From positions 222,828,001 through 222,892,000 of the forward strand of contig OZ024743.1 in NCBI GenBank assembly GCA_964016885.1: a DNA stretch of 64,000 nt, in the 5' to 3' direction. Source of the DNA: Eledone cirrhosa. Lineage: Eukaryota. Below, piece after piece: positions 24,232 through 37,213 of the stretch. Under the pieces are notes generated by a model. It searched no databases, had not been told where the DNA came from, and worked only from the letters and a program-made list of their open reading frames with translations. How positions within the stretch are numbered: position 1 is the stretch's first letter; every line of letters starts with the position of its first letter. The translations under genes were made by a program, and so were the position numbers.

Positions 24232-24882
24232 TGTTTTTATTTACATAAAAACACAATTTATATAATAATTATGATTTACAAAAAAGAAAAATTAACAGAA
24301 ATTACCGTAATTCGCAGGGTAGAAGACGTTGGTTTTGTTGTTGTTTTTTCGGAGGGGGGGGGGGGGGGTAATAAGTCTAGAAATGTTACCTTAAATCTTT
24401 TTTTTTTTTTTTTTTTCAAAATTTAGCTAGGAGGATGATGGGAGAACCGGCGAAAACAGGGACTGCTGGTGTTTCTATCTAAAGATTTTCGAGCCAAGAC
24501 ACTCGGAGCATTATTGTGGACGTTAGCAAGACCAAGGCAGTGGAATAGCCAAACACTTTCTTGAGGATCATCACCTGATACTTCAATGATGTGGGCCGCT
24601 AATAATGGCAACAACCTTGTTGTCAGTGACCTAACTCCGCCTAAAAGTTTCTAATACCACAGGTTGAAAAAAAAAACATTTATATCTTCTGCCTCCTATC
24701 TGCTTCATCTCTTCCTTTTTCGTCTTTCTCTCAACTTTAATATTAAGTATTTAAAAGGAGCTGGAAAAAAACCTAAAAAGAAATATTTTGAACATACTTG
24801 TAACTTGTAATTGAGTGTGGCAGGCCTTCTTTTTTCTTCCGTTTTTTTTTTAAAATAAATTTCTATTGATTTGTTTCTTTTT

Positions 24883-25595
24883 CAAATCCTGTCGAGGTTA
24901 ACTTTGCCTTTCATCCTTACGGGGTTGATAAAATAAAGTACCAGTAACGCACTGGGGTCGATTTAATCGACTTTCTCCCTCACCCCCAAAAAATGTTGAC
25001 CTTGTGTCTAAATCAGAAACCCTTATTAATGTCGTTAATAATAATTGTTTCTACTTTTGGCACAAGGCCAGCAATTACTCAGTGTATTACTGGTACTTCG
25101 TTTTATCAACCCCGTAAGGATGAAAGGCAAAGTTAACCTCAGCAGGATTTGAACTCAGACTGTAAAGGGACGTAACTATGCTGGAAAGCGGTGGATTGGC
25201 AGTATCGGTAGAGGGTCGGACACCATACTTTGCAGCATGAAGTTACGGCTCTTTACAGTCTGAGTTCAAATCCCGTCGAGATTAACTTTGCCTTTCATCC
25301 TTATGGGGTCGATAAAATAAAGCACCAGTAATGCACTGGGATAATTGCTGGCCTTGTGCCAAAAGAAGAAGCAATTATTATTGTTATTATTAGTATCATT
25401 AATTAGGGCGGTGAATTGGCAGTATCGGTAGAGGGTCAGACGCCATGCTTTCTAGCATAGTTATGTCCCTTTATGATCTGAGTTCAAATCCCGCCGAGGT
25501 TAACTTTGCCTTTTAGCCTTACGAGGTCGATAAAATAAAGTACTAGTAATGTACTGGGTAATTGCTGGCCTTGTGCCAAAAAGTAGAAACAATTA
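24883..25595. mobile_element. Cluster of four SINE family A copies in mixed orientation
   Basis: 24883-25025(+), 25040-25188(-), 25188-25380(+), 25407-25595(+). Confidence 0.85.
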
Positions 25596-26438
25596 TTAGT
25601 ATCATTAATGCCATCAGTATATTTAGGTTTAAAACAACATTTCTATTAACAAATTTTCCATACACGGTAGCATCAAAATATTCGCAAATAAGCCTCCCAA
25701 AGCAAATAAGCTTCTCAATTTGTTCATAGGGCGCATTAGTTCTCCATGCCTTGCTAACTGATGTAATTAGATCTTTTTTTTTTCTTTTGCCTTTTTCTGG
25801 ATACAAATAACTGTAACTCGACTGAACATTTTCACATGTTAGCTTTATGACTTTCTATTGTAAAATTTTCGAAATGCTTATATATGCAACCATGTGTTGA
25901 TATATATCAGTTTTAGAAGACCCTGTATAAGGATGAAAGCAGAAATTGTTTGCTTAAACTTTTAATCTGTGCTACTTATATATATATATATATATATATT
26001 TTATAGAAGCTCCTTCTATAAAATAAAAAAATTTTACTCTGCCAGGTATTGAGTACCTTACTTACTGTGGTTATCCCCGACTCAACCCGGGACCTACGTA
26101 TATATATATATATATATACGTTGCTGACGATAGCTAATAAGCTTGAAACTAGTAGAGCGTTCCTTTGTCAGTGTTGAACAAACGAGCAACGAAGGTTGCT
26201 AGACACTACGGCTTAATATGGGATGTTTGTTTACAAACACACCGAGCATTATAATAAATGTTCGGTGAATCCATACGTACATATATATATGTGTGCATGT
26301 ATGTATATATATATACATACTACTGTACGTCTGTATACATATATGTATGTACGTGTACATACTTATATTTAAGTAACAGCCGTACTAAGAGTGGGAAATG
26401 AAATTTCGTTTCACTTTTTCCGTTTATATATATATAGT

Positions 26439-26675
26439 TATGTAATAAACAACATAAGATAATTAATTCATTTACCAGTGGTTTCTTAAAGACAGATATT
26501 TATATCTGTCTATCAGTCTTCAGTCATCAAGAATAATATGGAATTTTAGGGCTAGGGTTATAATATGAAATGTTAGGATTAGGGTTATTTTTTCTGATGA
26601 CTGAAGACATATAAATATCTGTCTTCAAGAAACCACTGGTAAATGAATTAATTATCTTATATTGTTTATTACATA
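26439..26675. repeat. Fold-back element with a decayed hammerhead core and TTAGGG-like spacer
   Basis: Inverted arms ~26439-26537 / 26585-26675; CTGATGA at 26594 and GAAAC..GTA at 26629-26641. Confidence 0.75.
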
Positions 26676-27464
26676 AATAAAAAGCTCTGTAGCCTACATA
26701 GAGCACTCTCTTTTCCTTTACCTTTCCTACAGAAATATATATATGTATATATATATATCAGAATTGACCTAGGACTAAACAACAATGAAAAGAATTCATC
26801 AACATAAAGTGAACTATAAATTTGTTCGCATATATGTGTGTGTGTGTATACACACACACATACACACACACCCACACACATTATATATATATATCATATT
26901 TAATAAATAAGCCTGCATTGTAAAGTGCTTCCTTACCACATTTAGTGATGTGATTCACTTTTTAAATATTTAACCCAACTTCAACTAACGAAATATTTAA
27001 CACCACACCCTGAAGAAAGATTGTAATATTTTACATACTTAAAATCTCTGCAGTTTATAAACCACCAGCTGAGAGAGGCAGAGAGGGTGAGCAATAAAGA
27101 GAGAGACATAGTGAGTGAAAGAGAGAGAGACATGGAGGGTGTGCAACAAATAGAGAGGGACAGAAAGAAACAGGAAGAAAGGGGATAGAGACAGGGAGAA
27201 GGGGGTGAGACACAGAGAGAGAGAGAGACAGGGAGATGAGAGACAGGGGGAAGCTGAGAGAGAACTTTCTTTCCATTTAATGCATATCTATGTTTTATAT
27301 TAAATATTCATTTTGTATTTTTCTTTATTAACAAGTGTTTACTCAGCGATATAAGTTGGATAATAAATGTGATTTTAAGTAACAGCTGTTAGTAAGAATC
27401 AACATAGTAACAGTTATATAGACCAGAGCTTCCTAAATTGGGTCATGCTAAATTGGGTCCATAT

Positions 27465-28695
27465 TGACCCCTATGTGTCGATTGATATGCTCAGGGATTT
27501 GATTCGACCCTTATTGGTCAATTGATATGCTCAGAGTGTTGATTCGACTCCTTTGGGTCAATTGATATGCTCAGAGTGTTGATTCGACCCCTTTGGGTCA
27601 ATTGCTATGTTCAGAGTGTTGATTCGACTCCTTTGGGTCAATTGATATGCTCAGAGTGTTGATTCGACCCCTTTGGGTCAATTGCTATGTTCAGAGTGTT
27701 GATTCGACTCCTTTGGGTCAATTGATATGCTCAGAGTGTTGATTCGACCCCTTTGGGTCAATTGCTATGTTCAGAGTGTTGATTCGACTCCTTTGGGTCA
27801 ATTGATATGCTCAGAGGGTTGATTCGACCTCTTTGGGTCAATTGCTATGTTCAGAGTGTTGATTCGACTCCTTTGGGTCAATTGCTATGCTCAGAGTGTT
27901 GATTCGACCCCTTTGGGTCAATTGATATGCTCAGAGGGTTGATTCGACCTCTTTGGGTCAATTGCTATGCTCAGAGGGTTGATTCGACTCCTTTGGGTCA
28001 ATTGCTATGTTCAGAGTGTTGATTCGACTCCTTTGGGTCAATTGCTATGCTCAGAGTGTTGATTCGACCCCTTTGGGTCAATTGATATGCTCAGAGGGTT
28101 GATTCGACCTCTTTGGGTCAATTGCTATGCTCAGAGGGTTGATTCGACTCCTTTGGGTCAATTGCTATGCTCAGAGTGTTGATTCGACCCCTATGTGTCG
28201 ATTGATATGCTCAGAGTGTTGATTCGACTCCTTTGGGTCAATTGATATGCTCAGAGTGTTGATTCGACCTCTTTGGGTCAATTGCTATGCTCAGAGTGTT
28301 GATTCGACTCCTTTGGGTCAATTGATATGCTCAGAGTGTTGATTCGACTCCTTTGGGTCAATTGCTATGTTCAGAGTGTTGATTCGACTCCTTTGGGTCA
28401 ATTGCTATGTTCAGAGTGTTGATTCAACTCCTTTGGGTGAATTGATATGCTCAGAGGGTTGATTCGACCCCTTTTGGGTCAATTGATATGCTCAGAGGGT
28501 TGATTCGACCCCTTTTGGGTCAATTGATATGCTCAGAGGGTTGATTCGACTCCTTTGGGTCAATTGATATGCTCAGAGGATTGATTCGACCCCTTTGGGT
28601 CAATTGTTATGCTCAGAGGGTTTATTCGACCCTTATTGGTCAATTGATATGCTCAGAGTGTTGATTTGACCCCTATGGGTCAATTGATATGCTCG
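27465..28695. repeat. 40-bp minisatellite, ~30 copies
   Basis: Unit gattcgactcctttgggtcaattgatatgctcagagtgtt. Confidence 0.95.
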
Positions 28696-28794
28696 GGAGC
28701 GAGGGTTATTCAACATTTAAGTTAAAACCTGAAAATACATAACGTAAATCATTAAACTACACTTTGCTTTTACAGGTTTCTGATTCATATATAA

Positions 28795-29582
28795 TAATGG
28801 TTTCTGATTTAGGCACAAGGCCAGCAATTGTAGGGGCAGGCTAGGTCAATTATATCCATCCCAGTATTTACTGGTAATTTTTTTAATCAACCCCAAGATG
28901 AAAGGTAAAGTTGAACCCAGAATGATAAATATCTGCCACCCTTGGTTTAATAATATTTTCTGATTTAGGCACAAAGCCAACAATTTTAGGTGAGGGGAAG
29001 TTGATTAAATCAATCCCAGTGCATTACTGGTAGTTTATTTTATCGAAACCCGTAAGGATGAAAGACAAAGCTAACCTCACCGGGATTTGAACTCAGACCA
29101 TAAAGGACGGTAACTTATGCTGCAAAACATGGTTTCCAATGCTCTACCGATTCTGCCAATCCTATATAATAATGGTTTCTACTTTAGGCATAAAGCCAGC
29201 AATTTGAAGGGGGAGGGGAAAATCGATTAAATCAACCACAGTGCATTACTGGTACTTTACTTTATTGATCCTATAAGAATGAAATGCAAAGCTAACCTCG
29301 GCAGGATTTGGACTCAGACCATAAAGGACCATAACTCTATGCTGCAAAGCATGGTTTCCGACACTCTACTGATTCTGCCAATCTTATATAATAATTGTTT
29401 CTACTTTTGGCACAAGGCCAGCAATTATCCAGTGTATTACTGGTACTTTATTTTATCAACGCCATAAGGATGAAAGGCAAAGTTAACCTCGGTGGGATTT
29501 GAACTCTGAACATAAAGGGCCGTAACTCTTTGCTGCAAAGCATGGTGTCTGACCCTCTACCGATACAGCCAATCCACTGCCC
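28795..29582 (-). mobile_element. Head-to-tail cluster of four SINE family A copies
   Basis: Four consecutive reverse copies, each starting at taataat..gtttct. Confidence 0.85.
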
Positions 29583-31455
29583 TACATAATAATCTTATAT
29601 GGCAATAGTGTTGAATGTATATCATTTTTTGAGTCCGGGATTAATATGCTATATATACCAAGGTTACTCGATACATGGACAATCATACAAACCAAGGAAT
29701 TTTAATTTTGATAATTTCATGGTTCGCATAAAAGAAACCCAATAGTTTATGTTGTTTACTGACACATGGAAGTGATTAAAGATAAATATTGTATTTTAAT
29801 ATTTTATTTCTAAGGTATAATTATATAAATGTTCAGTATATATGTACAATTGAGATACAGGATCAAATGTATAAGTAACTTGGGAGAAATCACTATTTAC
29901 AAGGATATATGTAGTGTTAGAACCCAGGACCTTGTGATTGGAAAGCAAAAGAACTGATATAAGAAATGCATTGTGCGTATGTGTAAATTTTTAAGCGTTA
30001 CAAACAGAAATATATTCATTATCATCGTTTAACGTCTATTTTTCCATGCTGGCGTGGGTTAGAAGGGTTGTCAGATTATGAAACAAGTCAAGTCAGGTGA
30101 CCATGTTGTGCTTACAGATCTGGCCTGGTTTCTACAGCTGGATGCCCTTCCTAATGCCAATCACATTTACAATGTGAACTAGATGCTTTTTATCATGGCT
30201 CCAAAGCAACTATCTTACAGGGTGGATTGGGTGCTTTTTGTCATGTCACCAGCACGACCACCTTACAGGATAGACTAAGAGCTTTTTTTCTTGTGTCACC
30301 AACACAACCACCTTGTCACCAACATGACCACATTACAGGGTGGACTGGGTGCTTATTTTGTCATGTTACCAACATAACCACTTTGCATGATAAAATGGAT
30401 TTTTATTTGTCAGGTTACCAACATGACCTCCTTACAGGGTGGACTGGGTGCTTATTTGTCATGTCACCAACACGACCACCTTACAGGGTGGACTGTATGT
30501 GTATAAACACACCTCGGCTGACTAGTCTTTTCTGTCTCATCAAGCGTGGAGCTAATAACACTATGTACCATTGACTCCTGTGTTTGTTTGTCATTTTGAA
30601 CTACATATATATATGTATATATATATATATATCATCATCATCATCATCATCATAATTATTATTATTATCATCATTGTTTACCGTCTATCTTCCATGCTAG
30701 TATGGGTTAGATGGGTTTGTCCCATTTGAGGCAAGTTGGGTTGGGTGACCGCATCCCGCTCATATATATGTATATATATATATACATATGTACTAAAATC
30801 TGTCCATACCTTGACCCCTGGGTGACGTTTATCGGTCATTTTCTAGGTTATCTCCTTTCGGGTTTCAATAAGTCTGTGAGTCGATGACCCCTAAAAGTCA
30901 GCCCTTTGTTCTCAAGGCTTGGGGACAGAGGAAGCGACATAAATAAATAGCCTGCCTTGGACAAGCACGGGGTAGTTCGGAGCGGTTCTTGATAGAGTAA
31001 ACATGGGAACTATTGCTTTCTACAGACCCTGTGAGGTCTTACAGACACTTGCCTTCTCTTACTCTCTCTCTTTCACTCAATCTCTCTCTCTCTTGGTACT
31101 CTCTCTTAACCAAGCCAGTGAAGTTCATGAAGTTTCTTTGGTAAATTCAATTTAATTCTACTTTTACAAATAAACAAATAACATACATAACTCCCGGTAT
31201 GAGCTATTTTCAATAAATTAATAATATAGTGGTTTGGTGTCATCGTGGTTCATTTATATATATTCATTTTCTACGTGATCAAGGAGCTCTCGTATCATCA
31301 TCCTATTGAACACTTACTCACTTACCTGCACACATGGAATCTCTGGTCACACTGTATCACACAACAGTGACCACACAACACAATCAGCTACCAACTCAAC
31401 TATCTGAATAATCACTATATACATACATATATACATACATATATACATATATATT

Positions 31456-31506
<51 letters not shown>

Positions 31507-31610
31507 ATTTATATTTATATTTATATATATATATATTTATATATTTATATATATATATTTATATATATTTATATTTATATTTATATATATATATATATAT
31601 ATTTATTTAT

Positions 31611-34363
31611 AAAAACCCGACAACCACCTGATCACCTATAGATCAGGGGAGCACTCTAGTCAGTTAGATTTTATCCTCATCAGAGGACGTGACAGATGGA
31701 CGGTCGTAAACACAAAAGCCTTCCCTAGTGAGGAATGTACATCCCAACATAGCTTAGTTGTCAGCGACCTCACGGTCAGAACTAGACGAGCCCTGAAACA
31801 GAGGCCAACCTGGAGAAGAAAGATCTGGAAGCTGAAAGTCCCCTCAACCAGTAACAGATTTAAAGATATTTTACTCAACGCCTACGACAGTAAAGAAGAA
31901 CAGATAGAGACATTTAACGTAGAAGAGAACTGGGAGTTCCTAAAAAATAACTTACTAGAGGCGACGGATGAGGTTTGTGGCTGGAGTAAGACCTCAAGCA
32001 GGAGGAGAGTGACTTGGTGGTGGAACAATAAGGTAGATGAAGCAGTCAAGGCCAAGAGACAGGCATGGAAAGAATGGAAGAACGGGGGGAGCAGGGTACA
32101 TTACATAGAGACCAAGAGGGAAGCTAGGCGACAAGTATACTTAGCTAGGAGGGAAGCAGAGGATAGAAAATTCAAGCATGTTTTACAACGTGAGGACCAG
32201 AAACAGGAGGTATTCAAGATTGCGAGGCAGTGTGTCAGAGATAGTTGTGATGTCATTGGAGAGAAGTGTATCCGGAATGATAAAGGTGAGCTTGCCCTCA
32301 CAAGTGCTGAGAAGAAAGATGCATGGAAGAGTCATTATGATAGATTACTAAATGAGGAGAATGCATGGGAAGAAGAGACCCTACCCCACGTAGACCCTAT
32401 AGAGGGACCAGCAGTACAAGTCAGCGGCAGCGTAGTAAGTAAGGCAATCAGAGATATGAAGATAGGGAAGGCAACCGGTCCATCGGGTATAGCTGCCGAG
32501 ATGCTGAAGGCATCTGGGTCTGTAGGTCACACTATAACCACACGTATCGTTAACCAGGTAATACTAGAGGGGGCCATACCAAAAGATTGGTGCAGTAGCA
32601 TCATTGTCAACTGCTACAAAGGTAAAGGCGATGCACTAGATAGAGGAAACTATAGAGGTATAAAGTTGATGGACCAGGTCATGAAAGTAACAGAAAGAGT
32701 TATAGCACAGCTGATTAGGGACCGGGTGAATATAGACGAGATGCAATTTGGGTTTGTACCAGGGAAAGGCACCACTGATGCCCTCTTCCTTGTGAGGCAA
32801 TTACAGGAAAAGTACCTAGCTAAAAGTAAGCCACTCTACTTGGCATTTGTCGACCTTGAGAAAGCCTTTGACAGAGTTCCACGTGCAGTAATCTGGTGGG
32901 CTCTTAGAAAACTAGGAGTAGATGAATGGCTTGTGAAAGCGGTACAAGCCATGTATAGGGGAGCAGTCAGCAAAGTTAGGATTGGCAATGAGTATAGCGA
33001 GGAATTTAGCGTACAGGTTGGGGTCCACCAGGGCTCTGTTCTTAGCCCTCTCCTGTTCATCATAGTCCTGCAGGCAATAACGGAGGAGTTTAAGACCGGA
33101 TGCCCATGGGAACTCCTGTATGCTGATGACCTCGCACTCATAGCTGAATCTATGGTAGAACTAGAGAATAAATTCCAAACCTGGAAGCAGGGACTAGAGA
33201 GAAAGGGCCTCAAAGTCAACATGACAAAGACTAAGGTCCTTGTAAGTAGACGAGAAAACAGAACCCAGATCCCCTCAGGGAAATGGCCTTGCTCAGTATG
33301 TAGGAAAGGTGTAGGTAGAAACTCCATTCTCTGCCCCAAATGCAAACAATGGGTACACAAGAGATGTAGCGGGATCTCAGGAAGCTTAATTAAGAATGTA
33401 GGATTCACATGCAGCAGCTGTGCTGAAACAGCAAGCAAACAGCCACAGGAAACAAGTACCACCAATCTCTGGGAGGGCCCTGTAGAAACAGTAGACAGCT
33501 TCTGCTACCTAGGTGACCGAATTAGCAACGGAGGTGGGTGCTCAGAAAGTACAATAACTAGGGTAAAAACGGGATGGAAGAAGTTTAGGGAACTACTACC
33601 ACTGCTAGCTGCAAAAGGCTTCTCCCTCAGAATGAAAGGCAGACTGTATGATGCGTGTATCCGAACAGCGATGTTGCATGGTAGTGAGACCTGGGCGCTG
33701 AAGGTGGAAGACTTACGTAGATTAGAGAGAAACGAAGCCTGCATGCTCCGATGGATGTGTAACAGTAATATACGTGAACGACAAAGCATAAAGGAATTGA
33801 GAGAGAGACTGAGCATAAGAGGAATCAAATGCTGCGTGCAGGAGAGGCGGTTACGCTGGTATGGACATGTGATGCGTATGAAGGATGACAGCTGCATAAA
33901 AAGGTGCAGAGCACTAGAAGTTGATGGAAACCGCGGAGTGGGGAGACCCAAGATGACTTGGGATGAGGTGATAAAAGCCGACCTTACCCAACTACACCTC
34001 TCAAAGTCAATGACACACGACCGTGACTTCTGGCGTCACGCAGTAATACAGGGTACCCGACCTCCCATGGGTACATGCTGAAGCATATAAACAATATGCC
34101 CCCACTGCAAGGTGGTCGTGGAGGTGCCACGGCAAAAAAGCACCCAGCCCACACTGTAAAGTGGACGTGTAGGCGCCACGAAAAAGCACCCAGCACTCAC
34201 TGTAAATGAGGTTGGTGTTAGGAAGGGCATCCAGCTGTAGAAATCAAGCCAGATCAGTTCCTGTATGAGCAAGGCATGGTCAGCCGACCAGACACTGCCC
34301 ACAACAGGACAACCCGTCTAACCCATGCTAGCGTGGAAGAACGGACGTAAAACGGTGATGATG
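31611..34363 (+). mobile_element. Young 5'-truncated RTE LINE with 3' UTR and (TGA)n tail, inserted in an (AT)n tract
   Basis: Intact ORF; tail ...ggacgtaaaacggtgatgatgat; flanked by (AT)-rich microsatellite. Confidence 0.92.
31613..34081 (+). CDS. RTE-clade LINE ORF (5'-truncated): end of APE endonuclease, reverse transcriptase, internal PHD-like Cys cluster
   Basis: Frame is open from 31613 ([23 protein letters not shown], the APE C-terminus) through [33 protein letters not shown] and LLYADD to the stop at 34081. There is no real start codon. Confidence 0.93.
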   Translation, partial: KPDNHLITYRSGEHSSQLDFILIRGRDRWTVVNTKAFPSEECTSQHSLVVSDLTVRTRRALKQRPTWRRKIWKLKVPSTSNRFKDILLNAYDSKEEQIETFNVEENWEFLKNNLLEATDEVCGWSKTSSRRRVTWWWNNKVDEAVKAKRQAWKEWKNGGSRVHYIETKREARRQVYLARREAEDRKFKHVLQREDQKQEVFKIARQCVRDSCDVIGEKCIRNDKGELALTSAEKKDAWKSHYDRLLNEENAWEEETLPHVDPIEGPAVQVSGSVVSKAIRDMKIGKATGPSGIAAEMLKASGSVGHTITTRIVNQVILEGAIPKDWCSSIIVNCYKGKGDALDRGNYRGIKLMDQVMKVTERVIAQLIRDRVNIDEMQFGFVPGKGTTDALFLVRQLQEKYLAKSKPLYLAFVDLEKAFDRVPRAVIWWALRKLGVDEWLVKAVQAMYRGAVSKVRIGNEYSEEFSVQVGVHQGSVLSPLLFIIVLQAITEEFKTGCPWELLYADDLALIAESMVELENKFQTWKQGLERKGLKVNMTKTKVLVSRRENRTQIPSGKWPCSVCRKGVGRNSILCPKCKQWVHKRCSGISGSLIKNVGFTCSSCAETASKQPQETSTTNLWEGPVETVDSFCYLGDRISNGGGCSESTITRVKTGWKKFRELLPLLAAKGFSLRMKGRLYDACIRTAMLHGSETWALKVEDLRRLERNEACMLRWMCNSNIRERQSIKELRERLSIRGIKCCVQERRLRWYGHVMRMKDDSCIKRCRALEVDGNRGVGRPKMTWDEVIKADLTQLHLSKSMTHDRDFWRHAVIQGTRPPMGTC

Positions 34364-34568
34364 ATATATATATGTGTGTGTATGTATATAATGCATGTAT
34401 ATGTGTATCACCATCATTTAATAGTTGCTTTCCTTGCTAGCAAGGACTGGTCAGGTCATCAACAGGCCAAGTTGCTACTCAAAATGGGGGTAGAGACCCC
34501 ATGGTGGGGTGTATATATGTGTGTGTGTATGTATATATGTGTCATTATATATATATATATCTATATTG

Positions 34569-34757
34569 AGCGGTGGATTGGCAGTATCAGAAGAGGGTCG
34601 GACGCCATGCTTTGCAGCACAGTTACGTCCCTTTACGGATTGCGTTCAAATCCCGCCGAGGTTAACTTTGCCTTTCATCCTTACGGGGTCGATAAAATAA
34701 AGTACCAGTAATACACTGGGATAATTGCTGGCCTTGTGCCAAAAGTAGAAACAATTA
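34569..34757 (+). mobile_element. SINE family A
   Basis: Full-length copy. Confidence 0.85.
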
Positions 34758-34851
34758 TATATATATCTATATATATATATATATATAGTGGTAGAACACT
34801 GGAAGGTAATATTCGTAGTGGTAGAGCACTCAGTCCATGGGACGAGTTAGT

Positions 34852-34980
34852 TAGAAGTGGTTACACAACAGTTAGTTCACCATACCGAGAACAATTGTTT
34901 CACCTTAGCGGGAGCTGAGGATCCACTAAGGTGAAACAATTGTTCTCGGTATGGTGAACTAACTGTTCTGTAACCACTTC

Positions 34981-34982
<2 letters not shown>
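34852..34982. repeat. Near-perfect ~57-bp-arm hairpin with hammerhead-like core
   Basis: tagaagtggttac..caccttag / ctaaggtg..gtaaccacttcta; gag-CTGAGGA-tccactaaggt-GAAAC-aatt-GTT-ctc at 34912-34947. Confidence 0.75.
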
Positions 34983-35019
<37 letters not shown>

Positions 35020-35740
35020 ATGTATATAATTTTCTACTTTTGGCACAAGACCAGCAATTATCCCAGTGTATTACTGGTACTTTATTTTATCTACCCAGTA
35101 AGGCCTCAACAAACCAGGCTGCTACTCAAAATGGGGTAGAGACACCCCACACCCCCACACCCCCCATTGTGGGGTTAGCATAATTACGTCCCTTTACAGT
35201 CTGAGTTCAAATCCCGCCGAGGTTAACTTTGCCTTTCATCCTTACGGGGTCGATAAAATAAAGTACCAGTAATGTACTGGGTAATTGCTGGCCTTGTGCC
35301 AAATGTAGAAACAATTATATATATATATATACAAACACACACACACATACATGGTGGCAGCTGTTTCATATAAGCAGGTGATAAATGGGCAATGAAGTAG
35401 TGTAGTGTTTAGAAAAGAACACTTTTCTCACTCACAGGACATCCAGTTCTCACCTGGCTCACTGCATTACCATACCATTCATTATAACATTATCTAAACT
35501 AGTAGTGTTTTGAAACCATGAGTGGACCTCTACATGCCTGTCCAACTTGCTAAAAACAACAGACAAATCTCCCTCTATTTCACTATAATGTTTCTAATGA
35601 AATACACTGCTTATCATTTTCACACTGCTTCTATAGTCAAATGAAATAAAATACGAAAACACCGAGAATTATCAACAAACTATTTTTTCCAGCCTGTGGT
35701 GTTTGAGACGTTTGGTGGAGCTATGCCTCTGACAGTGGAG

Positions 35741-35885
35741 TTGCTGCTGCTGCTACTGCTGCCACTACTGCTGTTGCTGCTACTGCTACTACTGTTGTTG
35801 CTACTGCTACTACTGTTGTTGCTACTACTGCTACTGTTGCTGCTTCTACTGCTGCTACAACTGTTGCTGCTGCCATTATTGCTGC
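35741..35885. repeat. (CTG/CTA/TTG)n trinucleotide repeat
   Basis: Directly visible. Confidence 0.9.
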
Positions 35886-36109
35886 CATTGGAGCTTGAGA
35901 AAAATTGCCTTATGACTGTGAAGAGCAGACAGTTTTCCTCTGTCTGGTGTGTCTTTGAAAGAGATTGTGTGGCAGACAAGACTAAAAGAACAGAGACAGA
36001 CACATTCCTCTTTGGCCAAGACCTTCATTGACATTTTGTATTTTGTAGTTTCACTAGGAAAGGGAAGTAAAATTTGGGAGGAAAATGGTATTTCCCCTAC
36101 AGCCTCAGT

Positions 36110-36523
36110 ACAGGGTGTATCAAAAAGAATCATCCGATTTCAAGATGCTATATTTTTTTAAACAAATTACCATATAAACGTGCAGGAACTTGTACAATAC
36201 ATGTCTGAATATACAGTTTTATTATGTTATCTTATAGAGTGTAATATCTGAAGCAACAAGTTTTTGAAAATTTCTTGAATTTAGAGAAGTTCAAATCCCA
36301 CCGAGGTTAGCTTTGCTCTTCATCCTTACGAGGTTGATAAAATAAAGCACCAGTAATGTACTGGGGTCGATTTAATCGACTTTCCCTTCCCTTTCAAATT
36401 GCTAGCTTGTGCCTAAAGTAGAAACAATTATTTTTTATAACTTTTATAAATTTTTATAAAGTTATTTACAATTTTTACTTGACTTTCAGTCTGCTTCAAG
36501 ATGGTGATTCTTTTTGATACACT
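36110..36523. mobile_element. Tc1-like MITE with a nested SINE A fragment
   Basis: TA|cagggtgtatcaaaaagaatcatc ... gtgattctttttgatacactg TIRs; SINE 3' half at 36288-36430. Confidence 0.7.
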
Positions 36524-36799
36524 GTTTATATTTGTTAAAATGTATAGCAAGTATAGCCCAAGTGAATGGGCCTACTCAAAGCATGTGCCTATAGGCTGAA
36601 ATGAATAGAGGGGAGAGAAGCACTTGCTTATGGGGCCCTTGATGAGCTCAGGTATATGGGGCTTCTTAATTCTATCTGGGGGATGATCCCTCCCTGCTAT
36701 CTCTGTTTATATGTATAGTCCTTAATGTTTCGGCCCTCGTAGCCAATAAACCAAATCATCATTACCTTCTTATTTTTCTTATCCTCAAACACTCCTCCT

Positions 36800-37000
36800 A
36801 GCAGGTCCTGTCAAAAGCAACCATCTCCAGCTGATCCGGCTGGATCCCGAGACCAACCAAGCTCATGGATGTTATTCAACCATCTTGCTCGGCCTCTACC
36901 CCTGAGTCTCCTACCTGTTGGTTTTGCCCATAAAATCTGTCCAGCAATTCTTTCCCGACACATTCTAACCACATGCCCATAGTGTCAGAGCTGTGATCTT
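36800..37000 (-). pseudogene. RTE-like LINE C-terminal remnant
   Basis: Minus strand HYGHVVRM..KPTGRRLRGRGRARW. Confidence 0.65.
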
Positions 37001-37213
37001 TCAGTTTGTTATTGTTGTTGTTGTTGCCATTGTTTACTGCTGCTACTACTATCAGCTGAGTTAATATTGATGTTCGCTCATGGGTTCAAATCCCACAGGC
37101 ACAAGCTAGGATTTTTATCATCCCTTCCATGGTCGATAAAAGCAGTAGATGTTGTCTGGTCAGAACTGACTTGCTTCCTCCTAAAACATTTCTGGCTTTA
37201 TGCCAATGTTATA

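Noticed and set aside
27465-28695. CRISPR-like regular arrays (also 21.4-22.3, 46.6-47.8 and 54.1-55.7 kb)
   Set aside because: Contiguous tandem units without unique spacers, no cas genes, and a eukaryotic context.
30789-31311. Possible solo LTR (TG...CA, AATAAA)
   Set aside because: No TSD, PBS or second copy can be confirmed from the window.
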